Shown here: positions 1 through 8,105 of the stretch, piece by piece
Position numbering within the stretch: position 1 is the stretch's first letter
Layout of the letters: each line of letters starts with the position of its first letter
DNA from: Candidatus Helarchaeota ASGARD archaeon Hel_GB_B
GTDB lineage: Archaea > Asgardarchaeota > Lokiarchaeia > Helarchaeales > HEL-GB-B
Length of the DNA: 32,000 nt
Reading direction: 5' to 3'
NCBI GenBank assembly: GCA_005191425.1
Contig: SUPR01000023.1
Coordinates: 6,601 to 38,600 of the forward strand
Made by a program: the position numbers and the translations under genes
The notes under the pieces: generated by a model
Seen by the model: only the letters and a program-made list of their open reading frames with translations
Told to the model about the DNA's origin: nothing
Databases searched by the model: none

Positions 1-680
1 TTATGGAGTGATGCAGTCATTACATCGGCGCCTAATTTTTTCCCAGAAATTGGCATACGTCCAATACTATAGGCGCCATTTATAACTAATGGAATATCAT
101 TTTCATGAGCAATTTTAGATATTTCTTTAGTATCATTTAGATTTCCATAATTATAATCTACGTGAGTTAAAAAAAGTAATTTCGGTTTTTTGCCCGTGTT
201 ATTTTTAATTTTTTGAATTAAATCACTAACAATATCAAAATTTAATTCATAGAGTGGTCCACCATTATGAGGTATTTCTACAATATTAACTCCAGCGCGT
301 TCGGCACTGATATAGGTGGTATAATGAGCAAGAGAATCTACGATTATAGTGTCATTTGGAGATGTTAATGCATGTATGGTAGAAAATTGTGCTTGGCGGC
401 AGCCAGGTGTTAACCGTGCTGAATCCATATCACAAAATATAGCTAAATCTTCATGTAAATCACAGATTGGTGGGGTAGAAATTTCATTTAATTTGCCTGT
501 TAAACAAAAATCACAAGTAGAATATCCATCAATAAAATCAATAATAGTCTGTAAAACTTTTGGGTCATTAGGTATTCTTCCACCGGCTTGTATAGGATGT
601 AAATTAATATAATTTTCCTCTATATCTCTAGATATATTTCTATATTTTTGGAGATAGCCTTTTGTAAATTTATTCATCAT
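1..680 (-). CDS. pscS: O-phospho-L-seryl-tRNA:Cys-tRNA synthase (SepCysS), 3' part runs off the window
   Basis: Translated by hand from the ATG at 680: MMNKFTKGYLQKYRNISRDIEENYINLHPIQAGG...GYSTCDFC...TPGCRQ...AHYTTY...THVDYNYGNL...NGAYSIGRMP...TASLH(K). These match SepCysS motifs INLHPIQxGG, GYSxCDxC and NxAYSxGRMP. The PLP lysine falls at the window edge. Absent from the ORF track because it is open-ended. Confidence 0.9.
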   Translation of the reverse strand, partial: MMNKFTKGYLQKYRNISRDIEENYINLHPIQAGGRIPNDPKVLQTIIDFIDGYSTCDFCLTGKLNEISTPPICDLHEDLAIFCDMDSARLTPGCRQAQFSTIHALTSPNDTIIVDSLAHYTTYISAERAGVNIVEIPHNGGPLYELNFDIVSDLIQKIKNNTGKKPKLLFLTHVDYNYGNLNDTKEISKIAHENDIPLVINGAYSIGRMPISGKKLGADVMTASLH

Positions 681-1560
681 GAGGATTACCTTTTTTATAA
701 AGAATATTTTCGATTATCAATGAACATGCTAATTTTGCTGTTATTAGCGAAGAATCCATTCTTGGGTTGTATTCAACTATGTCCATTCCATTTGAAATGG
801 GACCTAAAGACCGAATTATCTGTAATATTTCTCGCGATGTAAAACCACCAGGCTCAGGAACTGAAACTCCAGGAGCAAATGCAGGGTCAATTACATCAAG
901 GTCTAAACTTAGATATAGATATTTTATATTTTTAAATTGATTTTTTAAAATTGATATGATATTATTTAGACCAATTTTCTCAATATAATTCATAGAATAA
1001 ATTGATGGGATTGTATCCTTAGCACTTTTAATTTCTTCAGCTCCTTGTGTATTCCCATGAACCCCAATAATTGCAATATTATCAGGTCTAATATTTTCAA
1101 TCTCAATAATTCGACGTAAAGATGTAGCCATATTATATTTTTGACCTTTAGGATATTCGTCCATAAAATCTAAATGAGAATCAATCCAAATAAGTCCCAC
1201 ATCTTTTTTGTGACAATTTAAACCTTTAATAATAGGGTATGTAATAAGATGAGTCCCACCAATATAAATTGGATATGCATTTATTGAAGAAATTTGAGAA
1301 GATATCTTTTCTATTTCTTCCATAAAAGATTTTAAGTCATTATAATGTTTAATATCACCATAATCTAATACATTAAAATCGTAAAAATTTTTGAATATTT
1401 CATAATTCACTCCAGAAAATTGAAGTGATGCTTCACGTATTGTTTTTGGGCCATCTATTGCTCCATTTCCATAAATTGCCCCATAATCTGAAGACACGCC
1501 AATTATTACAGTATCATTTTCTGTTAAATTTTCTATCTTATCTAAATTGTATGTACCCAT
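670..1560 (-). CDS. Ureohydrolase (agmatinase/arginase family)
   Basis: Motifs GGTH, DSHLD, SLDLDVIDP, PEPGG, DIVEYNP. SD-like GAGGTG upstream of the ATG. Its stop overlaps the pscS start. Confidence 0.85.
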   Translation of the reverse strand: MGTYNLDKIENLTENDTVIIGVSSDYGAIYGNGAIDGPKTIREASLQFSGVNYEIFKNFYDFNVLDYGDIKHYNDLKSFMEEIEKISSQISSINAYPIYIGGTHLITYPIIKGLNCHKKDVGLIWIDSHLDFMDEYPKGQKYNMATSLRRIIEIENIRPDNIAIIGVHGNTQGAEEIKSAKDTIPSIYSMNYIEKIGLNNIISILKNQFKNIKYLYLSLDLDVIDPAFAPGVSVPEPGGFTSREILQIIRSLGPISNGMDIVEYNPRMDSSLITAKLACSLIIENILYKKGNPHDE

Positions 1561-1806
1561 GAAAATGATAATACACCTCTTGAAATTATCTTTATTTTAT
1601 AGTTATATATTTTATTACTATCTTTAAGAAAAGTTTTTTAATCTCTAAATATTTATTTTGGATAAATAGGTTTATTTCCATTAATAAATACATTTTATTG
1701 ATTTGAACTAATTTATTTAATAAAATGAGTAATCTTTAAAAAAGAATTTTCTTTTAATACTACTCTAAACTATTCACATTCAAAACTAAAACTAGGATTG
1801 AATAAA

Positions 1807-2817
1807 ATGGGTCATAGAAAATTTCACGCACCAAGACATGGAAGTTTGCAATATTATCCAAGAAAAAGAGCTAGAGACCATGTTGGAAGATTTAGATCAT
1901 GGCCTGAAATTGATGGGCCTCCAAGAATTCTTGGATTTGCAGGTTATAAAGTTGGAATGACACATATTATAGCTATAGAAAATCGCAAAAATAGCCCATT
2001 CTATGGTCATGAACGATTTTTTGCAGTCACCATAATTGAATGTCCACCTTTAGTAGTTTTTGGTCTGAGATTATATAAAAATACTCATGATGGGCTGAAA
2101 TGTATCGGGGAAGCTTGGGAAGGTGAATTTAAAGATGAATTGGTCAGGTTAATAACTCTTCCTAAAGAATATGATAGTGATAAAGCACTTTTAGACTTGG
2201 AAGATAAATTAAAAATGGCAGATGAAATTAGAGTATTAGTCCATACGCAACCTAAATTGACTGGCATAGGTAAGAAGAAGCCCGAAATAATGGAATTTAA
2301 TGTTGGCGGCGGTACAATACCAGAAAGATGGACATATGTGAAAGAATTATTGGGTAAAGAATTAAAAGTTAGTGAAATTTTCGAATTGGGTAGTTATATT
2401 GATGTATCAGCAGTTTCAAAAGGCAAGGGTTATCAAGGAGTTATTAAAAGGTTCGGAATAAAAAGAAAACAACATAAATCTAATAAAACTGTAAGAGAAG
2501 TAGGGTGTATAGGGCCGTGGAAACCATCTCGCGTTATGTGGACTGTTCCACGAAGTGGTCAGATGGGATATCACCAGAGAGTGGAATATAATAAACAAAT
2601 AGTCAAGATTGGAATTGACCCTAAAGAAATTACACCTAAAGGTGATTTCCTCAAATATGGAGTGCTAAAAAACGATTACATTGTTATAAAAGGGTCAGTC
2701 CCAGGGCCCAGAAAAAGATTGATTAGGATGAGATTTCCTATAAGACTCCCGAAAAAGGCAACTTTAGCTACTCCAGAAATTGTTTATATCTCATTAGAAA
2801 GTAAACAAGGGAACTAA
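1807..2817 (+). CDS. rpl3: 50S ribosomal protein L3 (uL3), archaeal type
   Basis: MGHRKFHAPRHGSLQYYPRKRA, GYKVGMTH, KGKGYQGVIKRFG, GQMGYHQR, GSVPGP. ATG at 1807 preferred over TTG at 1798. Confidence 0.97.
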   Translation: MGHRKFHAPRHGSLQYYPRKRARDHVGRFRSWPEIDGPPRILGFAGYKVGMTHIIAIENRKNSPFYGHERFFAVTIIECPPLVVFGLRLYKNTHDGLKCIGEAWEGEFKDELVRLITLPKEYDSDKALLDLEDKLKMADEIRVLVHTQPKLTGIGKKKPEIMEFNVGGGTIPERWTYVKELLGKELKVSEIFELGSYIDVSAVSKGKGYQGVIKRFGIKRKQHKSNKTVREVGCIGPWKPSRVMWTVPRSGQMGYHQRVEYNKQIVKIGIDPKEITPKGDFLKYGVLKNDYIVIKGSVPGPRKRLIRMRFPIRLPKKATLATPEIVYISLESKQGN

Positions 2818-2831
2818 CAAGAGGTTTAAAA

Positions 2832-3611
2832 ATGGAGAAAAAGGTCAAAGTTTTAGATTTAGAAGGTAAAGTAGTAAAAGAAATAGATATGCCACCAGTC
2901 TTCTCAACTCCATATCGTCCAGATATTATTAAAAGAGCTTTTTTATCATGCCTAACAGGAAGGATACAGCCAAAAGGAACAGACCCAATGGCTGGAAAGC
3001 GTACTACAGCAGAATCATGGCACGCAGGACGTGCAGTATCAAGAGTACCCCGAGTTAAAGGAGGCGGGACTCCAAGAGCACAACAAGGTGCATTTGTTCC
3101 AGGTACTGTAGGTGGTAGAATTGCATTTCCGCCTCGAGTAGATAAGAAAATTAAAGAAAAAATTAACAAAAAAGAACGAATTTTAGCCATAAAATCCGCT
3201 ATCGCTGCAACTTCCAAGAAAGAAATAGTAATAAATAGAGGACATAAATTTCAAGATTCTATTGAACTACCAATTGTTATAACCAATGAAATTGAAAACC
3301 TCAAAAAAACAAGAGATGTAAAAGAACTGTTTATGAATGTGGGAGTTTGGGATGATATTATTCGTGCATCAAAAAGAAAAATTCGAGCAGGTAAGGGCAA
3401 ATTCAGGGGAAGAAAATATAAAAAGAAAAAAAGCGTCTTAATTGTAGTAAATGAAAATAAAGGGATTTACCTGGCAGCAAGAAACCACCCAGGAGTTGAC
3501 ATATGTACAATTGATAAAATCAATGCAGAATTACTTGCTCCTGGCGGACATCCTGGCAGATTAATAATTTGGTCAGAAAACGCAATAAAAAAGGCTGGCG
3601 AAATCTTTTAA
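2832..3611 (+). CDS. rpl4: 50S ribosomal protein L4 (uL4), archaeal type
   Basis: RPDIIKRA, AGKRTTAESW, GRAVSRVPR, KINKKE, RAGKGKFRGRKY, LAPGGHPGRL. Confidence 0.97.
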   Translation: MEKKVKVLDLEGKVVKEIDMPPVFSTPYRPDIIKRAFLSCLTGRIQPKGTDPMAGKRTTAESWHAGRAVSRVPRVKGGGTPRAQQGAFVPGTVGGRIAFPPRVDKKIKEKINKKERILAIKSAIAATSKKEIVINRGHKFQDSIELPIVITNEIENLKKTRDVKELFMNVGVWDDIIRASKRKIRAGKGKFRGRKYKKKKSVLIVVNENKGIYLAARNHPGVDICTIDKINAELLAPGGHPGRLIIWSENAIKKAGEIF

Positions 3612-3632
3612 CACAAATCTTTAATGAGAAAT

Positions 3633-3872
3633 TTAAAAGAAAACCTCAAAATTATTAAGAATTTCTTTTAATATAATTTTTTTAAGAATATCTCTATATT
3701 TTGGTTGTAAAATATGCTGTTTATCAATTAGATCAGAAACAATATCTTCAATTATTTGCTCTATATCATATTTTTCGTCTTCAATTATTTCCTTAATAAT
3801 ATATTTATTTAAATATTTATAGATAGTTCCTTCAATTATTTGCTCGACAATTTCCTTAGAATAATATTTCAA
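3633..3872 (-). CDS. Small hypothetical helical protein (79 aa)
   Basis: TTG start preceded by GGAGG (3882-3886 on the minus strand). Helical, amphipathic-looking sequence. No recognisable family. Confidence 0.55.
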   Translation of the reverse strand: MKYYSKEIVEQIIEGTIYKYLNKYIIKEIIEDEKYDIEQIIEDIVSDLIDKQHILQPKYRDILKKIILKEILNNFEVFF

Positions 3873-4439
3873 TCGAGCATTCCTCCAAAATAATCGCTAT
3901 TTTATTATTAAGATGTTCTTTTTCAAATTCATATTTTCTTAATTCTTATTAAATATATTAATTCTTTAATACTTATAAAGTAATAGATTTTTTGTCTTTT
4001 TATTAGACTACATTTTTACCGACAATATCTTAAACTCATAGATAAATATCAAAAGAACCATTATTTGATGTTAAATATTATTTGAAATAAGATGCCCATT
4101 GATTTAAGCAGACTGAACGATAAAAAAATTAATATTATGATTAAAAACATTTTAATTAATGATAAGCAAATGTCTTTTTTTATTTTACATTTAATTTGAT
4201 AATCAATTTAATGATTTTTTATTTATCACTATTATCTGTAAATATTTAAATCATATTTTTATTTGAAAAAATTAGTTAAATAATTCTAAATAAATTAAAA
4301 ATGTTTGAAATTTATTGGTTGCATAATTATTTTATGTCCAAATAATTCTAAAGACTTTAAATTTGAGAATGAATTTTATAATATAGAAATATAAATAAAG
4401 GAATTCAAATTTCAATTAAAGATTAGATATGATGTCCAA

Positions 4440-5753
4440 ATGAAAATAAAGGTCAAGATACCAAGGAGAGATTTAACTAGAGAAGACAAATTCCAAGAAA
4501 GAGTAAAAGAAGAATATATTAAATGGAAAAATAATCTACTTAATAGAGCTAAAAATATAAAAGATTTAAAAGAACTAAGAAAAATTTTTGATGAACTTGA
4601 TAAAAACCAATTCGACTGGGATTCGGCTGCAGGCGGTTGGTTAGAAAGTAGTGAGCCCTATGAAATCGTATGTATAGCGATTAGACTACCAGGTTTAAAA
4701 GAAAACTATGAACGTTATTCAATTTATGGTATTTTGTCCTTTAGTAAGGGATTAACCGATTCATTTGACCATACTGGTGATTTAGAAAGGTTAGTTTATG
4801 TAAAAGATGAAAAAGGGAATTATTTTTCTTATTCAACAGTAGGTCATGGCTATTTAGAATTGTTTCCAGAAATTTTAGGAAATAATAGCTCATTTAAAGA
4901 CTTGATACAAAAAGAAGAATATGTTTTTGAAGTAGGAGACCATTCTTTATGCACTGAAAGAGATGATACAAAAATATTAATTGGAAAAATACCTTTTATA
5001 GATATTTTTAGGATCATCAAAACAAATATCTACAAAGATCATATATATAAAGAAATACCATTATTAACAAGCACTGATCTGGAGGAAAAACTTGAAGTAA
5101 ATTGGTATGATTTTGCTAAAGAAGTTGTCCAAATAGATCAAGCAATTAAAAAAGAATTGAATGAATATTCTAAATTATTTAGAATAAAAAGAGCATTTCA
5201 CAAGTTTAAAAATTATTTAAAAAAGAAAAAAGAATTAGACCAAATTTATTTTTTAAATGCCGTGAGGTCAACAATTTGGCACATTGCACCTTTAAAACAA
5301 GTTAAAATTTTAAATACATTAAAAAAAGAAATGATTAAACATGATTTAGAACATGAAATTGATTCAGAAATTCCTAGGAAACTTGATACTATGTTATATC
5401 GACTTGAAAATTTAATAGATTCTGTCGACTTTTTAAAATGGATCGCAGACCATGATCCAAAAAAGTTGCTAAGAAAATTTGAGATTAATGTAATAAAGGA
5501 CCTTAAACCTTCTGCTATTGAAACATTGCCTTTTGCATTAGGTATGATATTAAATAAGCCATTAGATGATATAGGCTATCCAGAGAAATTGTCGCCTATT
5601 GAAAAAGGAAAAAGAATAATATTTTGGATTGGCGGTAATATTTACAGGATTTTAAGGTCACAATTTGCAAATATTAACAAAGGAGTTAGTGATAGATTTA
5701 AAAGTATTACAAATATTATAGATAGACTGGCATTTAAAGAAGAAAATGAATAA
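4440..5753 (+). CDS. Hypothetical protein, possible Vps62/NPP1-like domain followed by a helical region
   Basis: 437-aa ORF with typical composition for this genome. Motif series HTGDLE ... YSTVGHG ... VFEVGDHS. Confidence 0.75.
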   Translation: MKIKVKIPRRDLTREDKFQERVKEEYIKWKNNLLNRAKNIKDLKELRKIFDELDKNQFDWDSAAGGWLESSEPYEIVCIAIRLPGLKENYERYSIYGILSFSKGLTDSFDHTGDLERLVYVKDEKGNYFSYSTVGHGYLELFPEILGNNSSFKDLIQKEEYVFEVGDHSLCTERDDTKILIGKIPFIDIFRIIKTNIYKDHIYKEIPLLTSTDLEEKLEVNWYDFAKEVVQIDQAIKKELNEYSKLFRIKRAFHKFKNYLKKKKELDQIYFLNAVRSTIWHIAPLKQVKILNTLKKEMIKHDLEHEIDSEIPRKLDTMLYRLENLIDSVDFLKWIADHDPKKLLRKFEINVIKDLKPSAIETLPFALGMILNKPLDDIGYPEKLSPIEKGKRIIFWIGGNIYRILRSQFANINKGVSDRFKSITNIIDRLAFKEENE

Positions 5754-5821
5754 TTCAAAAGTTATCTTCAAAAATATTTAGCTATTTTTTGTTAAATATA
5801 ATAAAAAATTGATTAAAATAA

Positions 5822-7036
5822 TTATTCTTCATCTAAATTTACTCTAAAATGGTCAATTTCGCCCCATTCTTTAGTTATACCCGCTAAAGTAGTTTCAAAT
5901 CCATGTAAAAATTCGCGTACTGATCTTTCGGGGTCTCTTGCCTGGGTAATATATCTACCAACAATGATTATGTCAGCTCCCTCTTTTAATGCATCGGTCA
6001 TTGTAATCGGAGATATCCCACCAGCTACTGCAACTAATAATTTTTTATCTAATCCTTTAATCTCCTTAATTAATTCCCATCTGGGTTTTGTATTGTTAGA
6101 CTCAGTATCAATTCCGCGGTGCAGGATGACAACATCTGGAATTTGTTTTAATGATTTTATTCGTTCAATAGGATTTTGAACATTCATCATGTCAATTATA
6201 GAATATATCCCTAACCTTTTTGCTTCGTGCATAAATATATTCAGAGTGCTATCACTTGCAAGTCCCGATGCAACAACAGCATCGGCAGTTTCTTCAAAAG
6301 CTAAGAGGACTTCCACACGACCTACATCTAAAGTCTTTAAATCACAAACTATGAAAGTACTTTTTGCAAGTTTTCTTAAGTCGCTAATAATTTTTGTGCC
6401 ATATTTTTTTAATAAAGGAGTGCCCACTTCTAATAAAATACGATCACTTTTCGGTATTTCTTTGATTATTTTTTCAATTCTCTCAAAATTTGTAATATCA
6501 AGTGCAATTTGAAGATATGGAGGTCTCCACAATCTTGGTACTGTAAAACCCATTATTGGATGCCTTGCACGGTCTTTGTCCCATAAAATACGTTCTAAAT
6601 TGGGTTTTTTATTTATAGCTCGAGTAATCGCTAGTTTCGTAGCACCATAATTATATGAATAAACTTTTCTAAGATCTGTTGCTTTTGGATGGATGAATAC
6701 GCTTACAATTAAGACCCAATCTTCGACCTTATCTTTTGGTATAATCCCTTCTTCTACAGAATCTGCAACTGCCTTTGCAACCGCATTTTGACCAGCACCA
6801 AATATTTTACTTGCATCTTCCATATTTTTTATTGTGACTTTTGGAATTATTAAGGTATATGGCTTAGGAGGTAAATTTGGTCTAATAACAGCTAATAATG
6901 GTGTATGTCCAGCTGATAATTGCGATAATGCATTTGCAAATGCCATTCCAACTGGGCCATCTTTATCGCCAATTAATAAATCAATATGAGCAACTTCCTC
7001 TCCTTGACCAAGTAATGCTTCACCAATCAAATACAT
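5822..7036 (-). CDS. fae-hps: Bifunctional formaldehyde-activating enzyme / 3-hexulose-6-phosphate synthase
   Basis: N-terminal Fae (IGEALLGQGEEVAHIDLLIG, GHTPLLAVIRPNL, VSVFIHP, NYGATKLA). C-terminal HPS (LQIALD, LEVGTPL, DLKTLDVG, LHRGID, VAGGI, VGRYIT). Confidence 0.93.
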   Translation of the reverse strand: MYLIGEALLGQGEEVAHIDLLIGDKDGPVGMAFANALSQLSAGHTPLLAVIRPNLPPKPYTLIIPKVTIKNMEDASKIFGAGQNAVAKAVADSVEEGIIPKDKVEDWVLIVSVFIHPKATDLRKVYSYNYGATKLAITRAINKKPNLERILWDKDRARHPIMGFTVPRLWRPPYLQIALDITNFERIEKIIKEIPKSDRILLEVGTPLLKKYGTKIISDLRKLAKSTFIVCDLKTLDVGRVEVLLAFEETADAVVASGLASDSTLNIFMHEAKRLGIYSIIDMMNVQNPIERIKSLKQIPDVVILHRGIDTESNNTKPRWELIKEIKGLDKKLLVAVAGGISPITMTDALKEGADIIIVGRYITQARDPERSVREFLHGFETTLAGITKEWGEIDHFRVNLDEE

Positions 7037-7550
7037 TTTTCATGCCTATTTTATTTTTATTTTACCATTATTTTTTTACAATTTAATTCAAGAATCCACG
7101 AATTAAAATTTTTTGTAATTTGAATTTATTTTCAGACTATAAATTAATTTGGATTAAAATTTTTTAATAAATAAATTTTAAAAAAAACAAGTTTTTAGAA
7201 TTGTGTTATTTTAAGTTTACTCCATAACTTAATTGGATCTAATAATTATAACCATTAGTGATAATAAATAATTAATAATAAATAATTATTTAATGAAACG
7301 AAAATCAAATTATAAAAAATACTAAATTAAAATAATAAAAATTAAACTATAAGTCTTTAATACAGATATTTTGATTATAAAATTAGATTTTATTTTAAGA
7401 GTAGCGATAAGAATAACAAAATAAACCATTATAAGAGTTAATTAATCCAAGATTAATATTACCAATTTCCTCATAACCTTTAAAAATATTCATTCTATTA
7501 ATACTCTAAAATAGTATAAAAACGATTAATTGGGCGTGTAGCTCAGCTAG

Positions 7551-7583
7551 AAAGGTAATAATTGAAAAATATACCTTGGTGAA
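7551..7583 (+). other. tRNA-Lys intron 1 (33 nt, D-loop, 18/19)
   Basis: Internal helix AAGGTA/TACCTT, a relaxed central helix, and removal restores G18-G19. Confidence 0.7.
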
Positions 7584-7595
7584 GCAGAGCGTTGG

Positions 7596-7625
7596 ACTAA
7601 CAGAACTATCTGCAGTTAGGACGAA
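7596..7625 (+). other. tRNA-Lys intron 2 (30 nt, anticodon stem, 30/31)
   Basis: Full hBHBh' motif: AGAG/CTCT, bulge AAG, central CGTT/GACG, bulge GGA, CTAAC/GTTAG. Confidence 0.85.
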
Positions 7626-7632
7626 GCTCTTA

Positions 7633-7648
7633 ACATATTTTGGGTGAA
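7633..7648 (+). other. tRNA-Lys intron 3 (16 nt, canonical 37/38)
   Basis: Central helix CTCT/GGTG (one U-U mismatch), 3-nt bulges and a short CA/TG hairpin. Removal restores a 7-nt anticodon loop. Confidence 0.78.
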
Positions 7649-7717
7649 ACTCAATGGCCGCGGGTTCGACTCCCGTCACGCCCGCCATCCTCCTCTGGAA
7701 AGCCATAAATATTAAGA

Positions 7718-7790
7718 GCCTCGGTGGCTTAGTAGGTAGAGCGACAGCCTCGTAAGCTGTAAGTCGGGGGTTCGAGCCCCCCTCGAGGCT
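7718..7790 (+). tRNA. tRNA-Thr(CGT), no intron, no encoded CCA
   Basis: Acceptor GCCTCGG/TCGAGGC with T73. Anticodon arm ACAGC-CTCGTAA-GCTGT. T-arm GGGGG-TTCGAGC-CCCCC. Starts 30 nt after tRNA-Lys. Confidence 0.95.
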
Positions 7791-7967
7791 TAAATCAATT
7801 TAAAAAGTCTAAATATAATTTAATAATAATTAAAAATGCTTTTTTAAAGATATAAACAATATATTTTATAATATTAGAGTTAATAGGTGAAATCAAATTA
7901 GAGAAAAACAAATTGCTATTAAATTAATATTATTAGAAACCTCAATAAAAAGCAAACAAAATTTATT

Positions 7968-8055
7968 GCGGGGGTGTCCGAGTCTGGTCAAAGGAGCAGG
8001 ACTGAGGCTCCTGTGGCGAAGGCCTGCAAGGGATCAAAGCCCTTCCCCCGCACCA
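7968..8055 (+). tRNA. tRNA-Leu(GAG), long variable arm, encoded CCA
   Basis: Acceptor GCGGGGG/CCCCCGC, A73, CCA. Anticodon arm CAGGA-CTGAGGC-TCCTG. Variable stem GGC/GCC. T-arm AAGGG-ATCAAAG-CCCTT. Confidence 0.9.
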
Positions 8056-8105
8056 AAATAATTCATTACTAAGATTTTTAATTTATACAAAATATATTTC
8101 GATTT

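Larger units (their letters stand above)
7532..7687 (+). tRNA. tRNA-Lys(CTT) with three introns (18/19, 30/31, 37/38), encoded CCA
   Basis: Acceptor GGGCGTG/CACGCCC, G73, CCA. D-stem GCTC/GAGC. T-arm GCGGG-TTCGACT-CCCGT. Removing 7551-7583, 7596-7625 and 7633-7648 gives D-loop AGCTAGGCA and anticodon arm TTGGG-CTCTTAA-CTCAA. Confidence 0.85.

Noticed and set aside
349-842. Plus-strand ORFs 349-612 and 648-842
   Set aside because: They are antisense shadows of pscS and the ureohydrolase.
7599-7601. Apparent AAC (Val) anticodon in the first tRNA
   Set aside because: It lies inside intron 2. The 3' anticodon stem (CTCAA) pairs properly only when CTT is the anticodon.
7506-7706. 66-aa minus-strand ORF
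   Set aside because: It is antisense to the intron-containing tRNA-Lys gene and is a shadow of it.
7037-8105. Possible integrated element or att site at the tRNA cluster
   Set aside because: No integrase and no duplicated tRNA 3' end seen in the window.
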